Shown here one piece after another: positions 39,263-52,248 of a stretch of 64,000 nucleotides of DNA; the stretch's first letter is position 1, and every line of letters starts with the position of its first letter. Made by a program: the position numbers and the translations under genes. Location of the stretch: assembly GCA_030324005.1 (NCBI GenBank), contig JARDVH010000132.1:73012432-73076431 (forward strand), in the 5' to 3' direction. The notes beneath the pieces were generated by a model that was not told the origin of the DNA, ran no database searches, and saw only the letters and a list, made by a program, of their open reading frames with translations. Source of the stretch: Negaprion brevirostris. Its lineage: Eukaryota.

Positions 39263-39560
39263 ATGCATGGTGACACAATGGTTAGCACTGTTGCCTCACT
39301 GCGCCAGGGACCCAAGTTCAATTCTAGCCTTGGGTGAGTGTGTAAAGTTTGCACATTCTCCCCATGTCTGCATGGGTTTTCTCTGAATATCCCGGTTCCC
39401 TCCCACAGTCTAAAGATACGCACGTGAGGTTGACTTGCTATTTCCCCTTAGTGTCAGGGGGATTAGCAGGGTGAGTATGTGGGGTTAGGGCTTGAGTGGG
39501 ATTGTTGTCAGTGCAGACTCAATGAGTTGAATGGCTTTCTTCTGCACTGTAGGCATTCTC
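39263..39560 (+). mobile_element. HE1-like SINE (tail type B)
   Basis: GGTTAGCACTGTTGCCTCAC head, GAATGGCTTTCTTCTGCACTGTAG tail. Confidence 0.8.
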
Positions 39561-40139
39561 TGCTCGTAAGATGGGTTGTTCTTGGAACAAATGAGGTTAA
39601 AAGAAGATTTGGGAGAGGTGTACAAAGTAATGAATGATTTTGATTAAGCAAAGATCAATTGTTTCCAGTAATTGAGTAGCCAGAGAACCCAGGTATGTTA
39701 TGTTCTTTGGCCAGATCCCCAAGTTGTTGGTAAAATCTGTTTAAGGCTCAAGAATGTTGTTTAAAGTAGACAAAGTTTAATATTCAAGACATATGCTAAG
39801 AGAATAAAGCTATAAGATTCAATGGTTTTGAACCAGTAAAAATCAACTTTACTGTATGAGGTTAGAAAGATAAAATAATTTACAATATCTCTCACATTCA
39901 GAGTTAATATGAGATACACGTGAATTGATAAGCAAAATGTGGTGGAACACATCACTCTGTACAATAAGTGCCAAATGCAACCAAAATAGAGTCCCCAAAT
40001 TTCTCATCAACCTACTTAGATGTCAGTAACTCTTTGAATCAACCAGTCTCCTTAAATTTTGGTCTCTCTCACAAAGGATTCCTGTCTGCACCTTTGAAGA
40101 CTTTGCAATGCTCTCCAAATGTTGCTCCAACTTGGATGG

Positions 40140-40957
40140 TATCAATAATAGCCCAGATCTCAAACAATGATGAGACACAGTGTAGGAATGAGATAGAGAA
40201 TCTGGTGAACTGGTGAGCAATAATCTCTCCCTCNNNNNNNNNNNNNNNNNNNNNNNNNNNNNNNNNNNNNNNNNNNNNNNNNNNNNNNNNNNNNNNNNNN
40301 NNNNNNNNNNNNNNNNNNNNNNNNNNNNNNNNNNNNNNNNNNNNNNNNNNNNNNNNNNNNNNNNNNNNNNNNNNNNNNNNNNNNNNNNNNNNNNNNNNNN
40401 NNNNNNNNNNNNNNNNNNNNNNNNNNNNNNNNNNNNNNNNNNNNNNNNNNNNNNNNNNNNNNNNNNNNNNNNNNNNNNNNNNNNNNNNNNNNNNNNNNNN
40501 NNNNNNNNNNNNNNNNNNNNNNNNNNNNNNNNNNNNNNNNNNNNNNNNNNNNNNNNNNNNNNNNNNNNNNNNNNNNNNNNNNNNNNNNNNNNNNNNNNNN
40601 NNNNNNNNNNNNNNNNNNNNNNNNNNNNNNNNNNNNNNNNNNNNNNNNNNNNNNNNNNNNNNNNNNNNNNNNNNNNNNNNNNNNNNNNNNNNNNNNNCTT
40701 TCTTCCGTTGGGAAAAAGACACAAAAGTCTCAGGCCACGTACCAACCAACTCGAGAACAGCTTCTTCCCTGCTGCCATCAGACTTTTGACCTTGCACTAA
40801 CTTGATCTTTCTCTATACCCAAGCTACGACTGTAACACTACACTCTGCAATCCTTTACTTCTCTATGTATGGAGTGCTTTGTCTGTATAGCGTGGAAGAA
40901 ACAATAGTTTTCACTCTATGCTAATACAGGTGACAATAATAAATCAAATCAAATCAA
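40140..40957 (+). mobile_element. Rex1/Babar-like LINE 3' portion (mostly N)
   Basis: IIAQISNNDETQCRNEIENLVNW and LPLGKRHKSLRPRTNQLENSFFPAAIRLL, typical of Rex1/Babar ORF; (AATCA)n tail. Confidence 0.75.
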
Positions 40958-41689
40958 AGACTTTCAATCTGTTCACTATTTACATTAATGACCTGGAGGA
41001 AAGAATAGGGACAGCCCAGGTTTCAGGCACTCAGTTGGCTACTGGAGACTAACCATACACTCAGTTCAAGTCAGATGATGAACCTCTGAGAGTGCTCTCA
41101 ACTCAGTGCTGGAGATGAAGCAGCAGGCAATAAGACATCAAGCAAAGATTCCGCAGTGGCCCCAACAGGCGAGTATGTCAAGATCATCATGGAAAGGTGG
41201 ATGACCACCATAGAGAACTCGGCCCAGCAGATTTTTCCAGATTTGCACTTGCTCTTGGATTCCTTGGCCGCATGCACTGGTTGTCTAGGTGAGAAGTCAA
41301 CAAGGCACCTTGATCTCCCTCCAAGTGCCCCTTCTCATGACTTCAAGGAGGAGCCCTCGGACACTCATAGGGAGGATGAGTGACAGCCAGACATTCCAGG
41401 GTTTTCCACTCACAACAATCCCAGGATGTTCAGCTGCTCCCTCTGCTTGTGACTTCATGCACTCCAACTGCTCAGGCTGAGGAGAGTAGGCCCTCCAGCC
41501 CTTTGGCCACCAGAGGATGTCCGCCAAGGTTATCATAGAAATAAGGATATAGCTGTCAGTGGGCTGCCTCCACATCTGCTGTGGATGTCTGGCCTGCGAC
41601 ATGGAAGGTAGCCCTCATCACCATCTTTAGATTCCTGGGCCTGATTTTCATCCTGTGGGGAGATCTCATCCTCTTTATTTCATCCTGTG

Positions 41690-42400
41690 AAAAACACTTT
41701 GCAGTATTAGAGCACAACATAAAATAAAGATGTGGCAAACCCTATCTGGAATGCAGTGTGGTGTGCCACCTGAACAGTCCAAACATTTGAAGGACACCTT
41801 AAGAATGCTAATGGCCTGCTCAGTTAGGGACTGTGTGGAGCTGTGTGAGCTGCTTCAAAACAATTTGAGGCTGGTGCACTGGTGTCAGCATGACCAATGT
41901 TTCAGTGGGTATCTTTACCCTCAAGCAACCATTCATGTAGATACTTGAACCCTCTGAAAAGTTGAGGCACCTGGGAGCGACTCAGGATGTGTGAGTCATG
42001 GCAGATCCCAGGGTACCTGGCACAAAGGTGCATTATGTGCTTCAAAGACGATCAGACACCAGCTGAACATTGATGCCTTTATGCCTGATAAAGATTAGGG
42101 GCCGCTGCCATGATGCCCTTAAAATCACGTAGATGTAGTTAATTACATACGCCCTGCAATCTTGGGAAGTCTGAGGCACACGCAAAGCCATTGAATCTCA
42201 CAGCCTGACTACCTTCATCGAGAGGAAACCTCACATAGTGATTATGCTTTCTGCAGAAGGCATCTGTGACCTCCATGATGCATATGTGTTGCAGACTGCA
42301 AGGCATTGCATTGGTCCAGTGTGAATCCCAAGAATGACCCACAGACAATGAACTTGAGTGCGGCAGTCACCTTTAAAGCCACTGGCATGGGATAGCCTCC
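41690..42400 (-). pseudogene. Second Harbinger transposase remnant (element may span ~41010-43600)
   Basis: Minus strand MPVALKVTAALKF..GSF, FPRLQGV, INVQLVSD, CARYPGICHDSHIL, WLLEGK. Confidence 0.8.
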
Positions 42401-43669
42401 CACTCTATAGAGAGTTAGGTTTTACAAAAATGTGACAGACGTGATCTATTAGAATTTAGGACCAGTGCAGATGTGTGTAAAATTGTTCCTCACTCATTGG
42501 TGAATACGAGTCTTGTTTGGTGTACCTGGGTCTGATGAGTTACCTCTGTTGTCAGGGGCTCTTTCTCTGACCCTCATTACCTTGCTGTGGCTCCACTTGA
42601 CTCTAGAATTCAGACAGGCCCTCCACCTGAAGCTGCGCTCAGGGTCATCTCTCTCTTTCTCCATTGAGTTAAAACACTCAAAAATGTAGCATTGAGCCTC
42701 ACATCCATAATTGTTTTGACCTTTTTGAAATGAAAGATTGAAAAGATTATTGAATAGCAATTGTAATAGTTTATTGTGGTTTCAGCCCCACTAACCTTAT
42801 CACAAATGCAGTTTTGTATCTGAGGCACTGAACAGACTCACCAAGTGACCAAGATGTCATCCCTGTGATTTAAAATCTGAATCCACAGATATTGGAGAAT
42901 GTTTGAATGATGTGCACAGCCTACCTAGCTGAGTGCGCCTATGTCAGATCTGGAATACTAATTAACAATAAGTTGCTCATGATTAACGACTGGATGTCTT
43001 TCGGGCAGTTATAAATGCCAATTCTGGAAAGCATATGACAGGCTTCCATTGATCACGTGCCATGCGTGCTACCCCGTGCCTCCTTAACAGTTGCATCCAT
43101 TCCCAAGTTTCATATTCCTGTGCTTTAACATTGAAAAATAGCGACTGTGATGATAAGCCATAGGTTCCTCCATTTCCCCTGTGACTGCAATGAAAAAGAC
43201 GTGGGTTCCAATGGCTAGCTTCTCAAGATAGTCTTCTTCCTTTTTCTCAGCTCAGATTCCAGTTTACTCTTGTGGCATCAACAAATACAAGGGCCAGTAA
43301 GAGCCCCATAGCCCAGCAGCATGCTCCTCCCACACTGCCTCAGGCCCCAACCATGCTGATTCATTCTTACTTTAAATTTATAACTGACCAAAACATTGAT
43401 AGTCCAAGATGGCACGCTGCCCTATTACTTTGAAACCAGCTCCGATGCTCCCCATCTCATTGTCCACATCTTAACCTATCATTAACCTACCATTGAGAAA
43501 ATTTTAAAGCATTTTTATGCCGGCAGGTTTCCGATTTTCTTGGTTGGCTCCTGTTACATTCCTTGCTCGCACCCACCACGGGCAGGATTATGCCCCAAGG
43601 ATGGAAGGGGATGAAATAGAATAATGCATAAATTGGAAAACACAAGATGGTTACATTTTTAAAATATTC

Positions 43670-44700
43670 ATTCATGGGATGTGAGCATCACTCAGAAGGC
43701 CAATATCTGTTACTCATCTCTAATAGCACTTGAGAAAGTGTCAGTGAGCTGGCTTCTTGAATCACTGCAGTTCATATGGAGCAGTTATGCCCACAGGGCT
43801 GTGATGTTGGGAATTCTAGGCTTATCACCCAGTGAAACCAAGGGAAAGTAATATCTAAGTCAGGATAGCGTGTGGCTAAGCTGGGAATTTGCAGGTGTAG
43901 GTGTTCCCATGTTTCTGCCGTCCTTGCCTTTCTGGAAGGTAGAGGTTACAGGTTTGGAAGATGCTGCTGAAGGATGCCTCATAAGTTGCTACAATGCACC
44001 TTGTATATAGTAAACTCTGCTGCTTCTGTAAACCAGCGCTGGATAGGTTGCTAATCAAATTGGTGCTTTTGTCCTGAATGGTTCCAGCACTTGAGTATTG
44101 CTAGAGTCATGTTCATCCAGGCATGGGGAGGTGATGGTTTTGTGGTATTATCACTAGGCTATTAATCCAGAAACTCAACTAATGTTCTGGGGACTCGGGT
44201 TCAAATCCCATCATGACAGATGGTGGAATTTGAATTCAATAAGAACAACCTGAAATTAAGAATCTACTGATGACCATCAAACTATTCTCAGGAAAAACCC
44301 ATCCACTCATGTCCTTTAGAGNNNNNNNNNNNNNNNNNNNNNNNNNNNNNNNNNNNNNNNNNNNNNNNNNNNNNNNNNNNNNNNNNNNNNNNNNNNNGTC
44401 TTCCAAAGGCAACCAGCGATGGGCAATAAATGCCAGCAATGTCCACGTCTCACAAATGAATAAGAAAAAATTTTCCATCACACTCCTGATTTGCACCTTG
44501 TAGATGGTGGACAGGTTTTGGGGGAGTCAGCAACTCATCGCAGAATTCCCAGCCCCTGATTTTCTCTTGTAGTCGCAGTAGTCACATAGTTGGTCCAGTT
44601 ATGTTTCTGGCTATTGGTAACTCCCAGAATGTTGATGTGGGGGATTCAGTGATGATAACACTATTGAATTTCTAAGGAAGATTCTTTCTTGTTCAAGTGA
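43670..44700 (-). mobile_element. Decayed LINE 3' fragment with nested SINE
   Basis: Reverse-strand similarity to 38300-38600 (GGTAACTCCCAGAATGTTGATG vs CATCAACATCTCGCGGGTTACC). Confidence 0.6.
44125..44470 (+). mobile_element. tRNA-derived SINE, second family
   Basis: B box GGTTCAAATCCC, CAGATGGTGGAATTTGAATTC, A-rich tail; reverse copies at 50290 and 62020. Confidence 0.75.
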
Positions 44701-46159
44701 AGTTGGTGTGTCCATAACTGTCAATAATGAGAGAAATTTGAGATATGGGTAAGGTGTGAATAATTGAGATGGAGGGTTATTTAGCAGCTAAAAACTGAAG
44801 CAGGTAAAATTGTCAAAGTATGATCTTTGAGCAAAATAAAGAAATTCCAGATCCAGGGGAAAGTCTGTGCTTCTAATGCTCTGGAGTAAATTGTCCATCC
44901 TGCTTGATGCGGGCACCATAGCAGGTAGGACTGACAATTTAATGGAATATTTGAAGGCCCATTAACCTTGGTGCTTCCGGAATCCAGATGGGTGGGATAG
45001 GAAAATTCCACTCGCTATCCTGACTAAATATACCAATGAGCTTCTGTTGAAAGTGAGCTAGTTTTACTTAAATCTAATCTGCCACTCTGAGCTCTGTGAG
45101 ATAACTCAATAAACAGCCTACAATAGCTAAAAATTAAATTTCTAAGATGTTTGATAACAGCTACTTCAATCAGCATATTTGTGCCTTTATCAGAATAAGA
45201 GCTGGTTGCTCATCAAAGCTGATGTATACGTACACTAGAAACCTCTGATCTCATCCATGGCTGGGATTGTCTGGTTCCAATGCAGTGAATGGAGTTATGG
45301 CTGAGCACCAAATTCATCATTGTTGCTGGCAGAGGGGCAGAGTGAATGAGATTGAAGAACCCTGCCTAAAGATGGAGGAGGTCTCCTAAGATCCTTCGCC
45401 ATTGCAAAGTAAATCATCCCATGCTATACTGACTACCTCACTTTAACTGCAATCTTTATTCAATTAACATTTTAAAAAAGTTTTCCTAAATCAAGTTAGC
45501 CTTTATCCAAATTGCATTGTAGCATATTTCTGTTTTTAAAAATGGGAAAATAGCTTACATGTAATTTTTCTTTTAACAAAATATACGTGACCTTTATTTT
45601 TCTAGGAAAACCTTATTAGCATTCTGTGGTGATAAAGGATGAATAAGTAACTTGGAAGAGGCAAGTTCCATGGGGAAACATGTCTTTTAGTCTTAAAGGA
45701 TGTTCATGTTAGAAAATACAAATAACTCGATAAAGAAGATTGGAATAAGTTTTTGTAGAGTAAGTAATCATGTTACATAAATAATCCTGATGAAACAATC
45801 ACAGGTCGTGTACAGAAACTCTTTCATCAATCTTTTGCTGTGGAGAGGGATTGAGACTAATGGATGATAACCATTTGTATGAGTCTCATTGGGGCACTGA
45901 GAAAGCACTTCATTTGACTGTTAATGAACTATGACACTGGAATCAGACCTCAGATTTAAACCTTTTAAATTTCTATCATGAATATATAATGCAGGAGAAG
46001 ATAATTAAAAAGGGAATATGTAACTCTAGGTCAAGTTTGCCAGGCTAAGTCGTGAATAATACAGAAATGCTTTCTGCCCAATGTACGGGTATAATACCAC
46101 TGATTATTTCACTGTATAACAGGAGAGGATAGCTTAGGATATATATAATTTACAACTAG

Positions 46160-46990
46160 CCATAGAGTCATAGGGTCATAGAGGTTTACAGCATGGAAAC
46201 AGGCTCTTTTGTCCATGCCACCCATTTTTTTAAACCTTTAAGATAATCCCAATTTCCCATTTTTGGCCCATATCCCTCTATACCCATCGTCCCCATGTAA
46301 CTATCCAAATTTTTAAAAGACAAAATTGTACCCATCTCTAGACTACCTCTGGAAGCTTGTTCCAGATGCTCACCACCCTCTGTGTGAAAAAATTGCCCCT
46401 ATGGACACTTTTGTATCTCTCCCCTCTCACATATGCCCTCTAGTTTTACGCTCCCCTACCACTGGGAAAAGATATTGAGTATCTACCTTATCTATGCCCC
46501 TCATTATTTTATAGACCTCTATAAGATCACCCCTCAGCCTCCTATGCTCCAGAGAAAATAGTCCCAGTCTATTCAGCCTCTCCTTGTAACTCAACCCATC
46601 AAATCCCGGTAGCATCCTGGTCATTCTTTTCTGCACTCTTTCTAGTTTAATAATATCCTTTCTATAATAGGGTTGGGCTGGAATAAACAGAGTAAGAAGT
46701 CTCACAAGGTTAAAGTCCAACAGGTTTATTTGATATAAACCTATTGGAATTTAACCTTGTGAGACTTCTTACCGTGTTGTACAACTTCAACAAGACGTCC
46801 CAACNNNNNNNNNNNNNNNNNNNNNNNNNNNNNNNNNNNNNNNNNNNNNNNNNNNNNNNNNNNNNNNNNNNNNNNNNNNNNNNNNNNNNNNNNNNNNNNN
46901 NNNNNNNNNNNGATCTCTTTGTCCTGTAACTCTCCCCAATGCCCTACCATTAACTGAGTAAGTCCTGCCCTGGTTCAATCTACCAAAAGA
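46160..46990 (-). mobile_element. CR1/HER1-like LINE 3' part
   Basis: Minus ORF PYYRKDIIKLERVQKRMTRMLPG..LFSLEHRRLRGDLIEVYKIMRG; highly similar to 14460-15226. Confidence 0.9.
46670..46775. repeat. Collapsed fold-back Penelope-like palindrome inside the CR1
   Basis: GTAAGAAGTCTCACAAGGTTAAAGTCCAACAGGTTTAT pairs with ATAAACCTATTGGAATTTAACCTTGTGAGACTTCTTAC across a few-nt loop. Confidence 0.8.
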
Positions 46991-47052
46991 TTGTGAAGTC
47001 AGTGGGTGCTTACAACAGGTTCAGCTATCATGATCAGGGGATTTGAAATTGA

Positions 47053-47375
47053 CAAGGATGGTGGCACAGTGGTTAGTGATTAGCACTGCTGTCTCACAGC
47101 ACCAGAGACCCGGGTTCAATTCTGGTCTCGGGTCACTGTCTGTCTGGTGTCTGCACATTCTCCCTGTGTCTGCATGGTTTTCCTCCGGTTTCCTTCCACA
47201 GTCCAAAGATGCGTAGGTTAGGTGGATTGGCCATGCTAAATTAGCCAGAGTGTTAGGGGGATTAGCAGGGTAACTATGTGGAGTTCAGGGATAAAGCTTG
47301 GGTGGGATTGTTGTCGGTGCAGGCTCGATGGGTGAATGGTCTCCTTCTGCACTGTAACAATTCTACTCTCCTATG
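47053..47375 (+). mobile_element. HE1-like SINE (tail type B)
   Basis: GTGGCACAGTGGTTAG, GGGTTCAATTC, tail GAATGGTCTCCTTCTGCACTGTA. Confidence 0.85.
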
Positions 47376-47825
47376 ATGGGAATTCGGCAATGGTCAGTTT
47401 ACTGTGTGCACTGCAATAAATACCAGTAGGCCCTGAAGGCTATGCTATAAGGTCCATCCAGGCAATTGATTTGCTGTCTGTGGGATCTTTCAGTATGGTA
47501 ATCAGCTGTCATACTTCTCTACATGGTATGACATGAAAATACACTTCAAAGGGGATTCTCAGTAACTTCATTGTGATGTTAATGTTAGCCGATTTGTGAC
47601 ACTAATAAATAAGTTTTAAACTTAAAAGTACGTTGGAATAGCCAGAGGAAATGAAGGGTGCAATATTAAGAAAGTTTGTTCTTGTTAACCTGTATATGTC
47701 GGTCTCTCATTGACCTCTTTCATCAATAATGTTTAGTACTCTCTTTCAATCTCTTTGTTCATTGTTTCCTTGACAGTGAGAACATTTGGATGGTTATATT
47801 TATTGTCTTCAAGTATGAGGACTTA

Positions 47826-48066
47826 AACAAAAGCAAAATATTACAGATGCTGGAATCTGAAATAAAAACAGAAAATGTTGGAAAAGCTCAGCAGTTCTGA
47901 CAACATCTGTGGAGAGAGAATAGAGCCAACATTTGGAGTCTGGATGACTCTTCGTCAGAGCTGTTAGACTAAGTAGCGAAGTAGATCTGACAAAGGGACA
48001 TCATGACTCAGAATGTTGGCTCTATTCTTTCTTCACAGATGCTATCAGACCTATTGAGCTTTTTCC
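47826..48066. mobile_element. Fold-back Penelope-like terminal element (second family), ~80 bp inverted arms
   Basis: 47880-47959 is the reverse complement of 47986-48066; each arm carries a hammerhead-like core. Confidence 0.8.
47924..47962 (-). ncRNA. Minimal type I hammerhead ribozyme motif (G12C, probably inactive)
   Basis: Minus strand AGCT-CTGACGA-A-GAGTC-ATCCA-GACTC-CAAA-TG-TT-GGCT: intact CUGANGA, perfect 5-bp stem II, 4-bp stem I. Confidence 0.65.
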
Positions 48067-48239
48067 GTTTTTAATAAGAATTTGAATGTTGTATCTTAGA
48101 AAATTTGAGTTACTCGCCCATACAGATGAAGGACATTACATGTTTGATTCAATGGGATTACAACATTGTTGGTACTGGAGCTATTGGGGCATCATTACGA
48201 TTGGCTGCAGAATTCCTGGGTTAGATGGGGAAAATCAAC

Positions 48240-48516
48240 CGGCATGATGGCACAGTGGTTAGCACTGCTGCCTCACAGCAGCACGGACCTGGGTTTGATT
48301 CCCGACTTGGGTCACTGTGTGGAGTTTGCACATTCTCCCCTTTTCTGTGTGGGTTTTCTCCAGGTGCTCTAGTTTCCTCCCACAGTCTGAAAGGTGTACT
48401 GATTAGGTGCATTGACCCGAACAGGCGCCGGAGTGTAGTGACTAGTGGAATTTCACAGTAACTTCATTGCAATGTTAATGTAAGCCTTACTTGTGACTAA
48501 TAAATAAACTTTAAAC
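48240..48516 (+). mobile_element. HE1-like SINE (tail type A)
   Basis: Family head and tail as at 11565. Confidence 0.85.
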
Positions 48517-50289
48517 TGTAGCGTTTCTCTACCGATCCCCATTCAGAAACTTATGGAAGTTCAGATGTTGNNNNNNNNNNNNNNNNNNNNNNNNNNNNNN
48601 NNNNNNNNNNNNNNNNNNNNNNNNNNNNNNNNNNNNNNNNNNNNNNNNNNNNNNNNNNNNNNNNNNNNNNCCCCTGCACCCCAGTGTCCTCCTCAGCTAC
48701 ATTCACATCCCCCTGTGTGAACACCGAAGAGAAATATTGGCCATAATATACCTTCATGTTTCTTCCCCCATACTCTATTCACCCACCATCCTACAACTGA
48801 ATAATTTGTTGACTCATAAGAATAATTGAGATATTTGAGAGGCATGAGAAAACAGCAAAATATTTTTGGCGAGGATTAAAGGCCTTCAAGGAAATTTTAG
48901 AAAAAGATGCTCATCGTAAGAGAATGGATTGTGACTTTATGATATGGCTCAGAGCTAAATTCCTCTTTGACATCTTGGTGGATAAATCGCAACTCTCACT
49001 TGCATCCCCTTACTTCCTGCATCCTTGCAAATATTTTTGTATGAGTTCAGTGAGCCTTTACAAATATTTTTAGTCACTACAAATCTTTCCTTCAGTCAGA
49101 ATCTAATACCCTTTCACCCCACCCTAGCAAGGGCGTGCTGGACCTGAACAACTGCCAGCTCTCTGACTGGCTGACAGTTTTTGGATTTGGGGCATCCTGC
49201 CACAAAGTGGCAGAACTAATAGCCTAAACTGAGTAAAATCCAGTTGTAGCTTCCGGAGTCAGTAGAGTTGGATTTGGCCCCTACTTTCCAGTTAATGAAT
49301 AGGATCACTGCCTACTTCTTAAATCCTTGCCTTGATGTGTACACAGCCCCGTGCTGCTACTGTACTGTAATATCCTGATCTTAATTTTCATGCCCTTTTT
49401 ACTAAAGTATGTAAATTCTTTTGTACCTCCTGCCAGATCCTTCTAATTACGATGGCATTTGTACACTGTTGATACATTGACGTGTTTGTTACTTCTGGGT
49501 CATGTTCAGGAACTGCCTCACACACCAAAACAGCTACAGTTGTTTTTCCACAATGCGTTTTACAGCAGCATAAAGGACATCAAGAAATCAAATTAACTTT
49601 TCAGACTTGTTGCTCAACTATTAAAAAATACTATGTGCTCCATTCCTGGATTAACAAACATCAAGTTATGATCAAATGGCTTGGTTGTGTCTGAAAGATA
49701 CTCCAGAAATCATTGCTTGTATTATTCTGATTATTTTTTTCTATTCCTATCAAACAGACCTGCATGAAACGAATTACACTTCTGAAAATTTTGCCTTCTT
49801 GGCTTTTACAAAGTAGATCATTAAAAATGATGAATAAAAGGAGAAAACATTTATCCCAAAGTGATCCTCTTTTATAGGTTGTTAATGAAGTTATCTATAC
49901 CTCATGCTGCTGCACACTGATGATAATTCAAAGTGATGGTCTGGACCATCCAGAGCCCCAGGGTGGCTCTGGATGATGCTGAGTTCTCAAACAAAGCTGA
50001 TTGCTTTCCAAAAATAAGAACAGGAAATGGGGCAGGTAATCCATGTACAAGCGATGGCTTTACGAGCTGTGGCATTTGCATTTGATTAGTGGTATGTTGC
50101 TGGTTTATATTATCTTGAAAATCTGTCGGATTTATGAGCAACAGTACACTGTATATATATTAATGTGTTTTATTAATACAATAAGCAATGTTAGCTGAGC
50201 ATGGTTGAATACTTTTTTTGCTTGCCATTAAGAAGGTGAGTACTTTAAAATGCAGAGCTCTGAACAACTTTGCATTAAGTAATTATCTT

Positions 50290-50633
50290 TATTCATTCAC
50301 AGACTGTGGACGTCGCTGGCTGGGTCAGCATTTACAGTCCATCCCTAAGGGCATTTATGAGCCAACTACATTGCTGTGGTTCTGGAGTCACATGTAGGTC
50401 AGACCGGGTAAGGACAGCAGATTTCCTTACATAAAGAACATTAGTGAACCAAATGGGTTTTTACAACAATTGACAATGGTTTCATGGTCATTGTTAGACA
50501 TTTAATTCCAGATTTGCAATGAATTGAAATTTCACCATCTGCCATGGTGGGATTCAAACCCAGGTCCCTAGAGAATTACCTTGGGTCTCTGGATTGCTAG
50601 TTCAGTGGCAATCCCACAAAGCCTCCGCTTCCC
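50290..50633 (-). mobile_element. tRNA-derived SINE, second family
   Basis: Reverse complement of 44125-44470 (CCATCTGCCATGGTGGGATTCAAACCC). Confidence 0.75.
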
Positions 50634-51030
50634 AGATATTCAGATTAATTCCATGTCTGGAATTTGAAGGAACAATACTCTTTAAATGCTCTGTGTACAG
50701 ATAATAAAAATTGAAAGTTTCAAGCAAGTGAATTTCAGCTTGCCAATTCCCTATGGCCATTTTGAACGTTTTAAGGGACAACTGTGTTTTTTAAAGAAAT
50801 ACAAGACACTGCCCAAAAGATTGCTGACAGAGCAAAGTGACCACTTTCTGCAAAGCTCCTACGTGGATTTTACTGGCAGACCTTCCTGAGGATATAGAAC
50901 TTTGCACCTGAAGAATGTCAGGGCCCACTTTAAGCAGACATTTGAAAGAAAGGTATGGGAAATATGAAAGGCTGGACTTTACTCTCCTGTGCTGTGGAGA
51001 TAACGGCCGGAATTATGCAACCTTACTCGC

Positions 51031-51140
51031 GGCTGGGATTTTCCGGGCCCGCTGCTGTCAATGGAGAGTTGGCTGAACTCCAAATTCTCCATTCTCGTTG
51101 GCAGTGGTAGCGGCGCATGTGAGACTGAAGAATTTGAGCC
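51031..51140. mobile_element. Short MITE-like element (Harbinger-type ends)
   Basis: GGCTGGGATTTTC..GAATTTGAGCC imperfect inverted termini with internal TGGAGAGTTGG/CCAAATTCTCCA palindrome; CpG-rich relative to flanks. Confidence 0.55.
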
Positions 51141-52248
51141 AATGGATGAAGGAAGCATTTCTTATATCTCATCAGACACCCAAAAACACCCATCTCCCAT
51201 TGATTCTCATCTCAGAATGTGTAACAACATTATGAGGTTACTGCAAGTCATGACTATTTCCCTCCTGGGAATACACAACAAAAATGGATGAAAAACTGGC
51301 TGAATTACCAGTGAGAGAAAGAGAACAGAGAAACGAGAAGTTTCCCTCTCTCTTTTTCTTTTGTTGGAGATAGTAAGCAGGAAGAATCAGGACAGTGTCT
51401 TCAGTTACCCTTGCAGAGACAAGCTGGTCATGTCTTCCCTCCGGGACAAGCCAACAAGTGTCTCCAACAATCTCGACTAAAATCACCTAACGGCTGCAAT
51501 ATACTACCATTTATTCCTCATGAACAAGCCAAGGTCTGCTGTTTACATATTTTTTTATTTTTTGCATGGATTCTTTAACTTCTTATTTGTGTGTGTGCGT
51601 GCATGTGCAAGCGTGTGCACGCATATGAAAGTCCTGAGGAATGACAGCATTTGTGTTGAGCTTTCTCATGTTTCTCTGCTGTCTCCTTTTCACCAACAGC
51701 GCAGGTATGGTCTTCCTATTCTCTGGCCAGCTTGAGAGCCTGCTCCTCGTTCTCAGCTCGAGCATGACTCTAGCTGGCTGCATCTGCTGGGCTTCATTTG
51801 TTCCTATTTTGTGCTTAAGTACCTTAGTCTTTTCTTCCATTTTCCATTCGGGCCAGTTTGGAGAACACAGATCTGGTTTTCACCTCATGGAGAAGTTTGG
51901 GTCTCAGTTTACCCAATTACCCTTGAGGAGTTCTGCAGGACAGCACAGGTATAGGACACAAAAATCACTTTGGTACTGTCACAAATCACTTTGGTACTGT
52001 AGACAAGTGCATTAAATGTAATTGTATTGCTGTATATAATGTTTCTTCCCAGCTATATAAAAAGTAAAATATGCTACTTACCAAGTCTAATTGTTATATT
52101 TAGTATCTGAACAATGACATGAAAGGGACATAATTTTTCAGTTCACTTGATTAACAATTCAATATAAATTAACTTTAGCACAGTAAATCAGTATGACATG
52201 CTGACCAAGTAATGACGATGCAAATGATGTTCATAATCAACAAGACTA

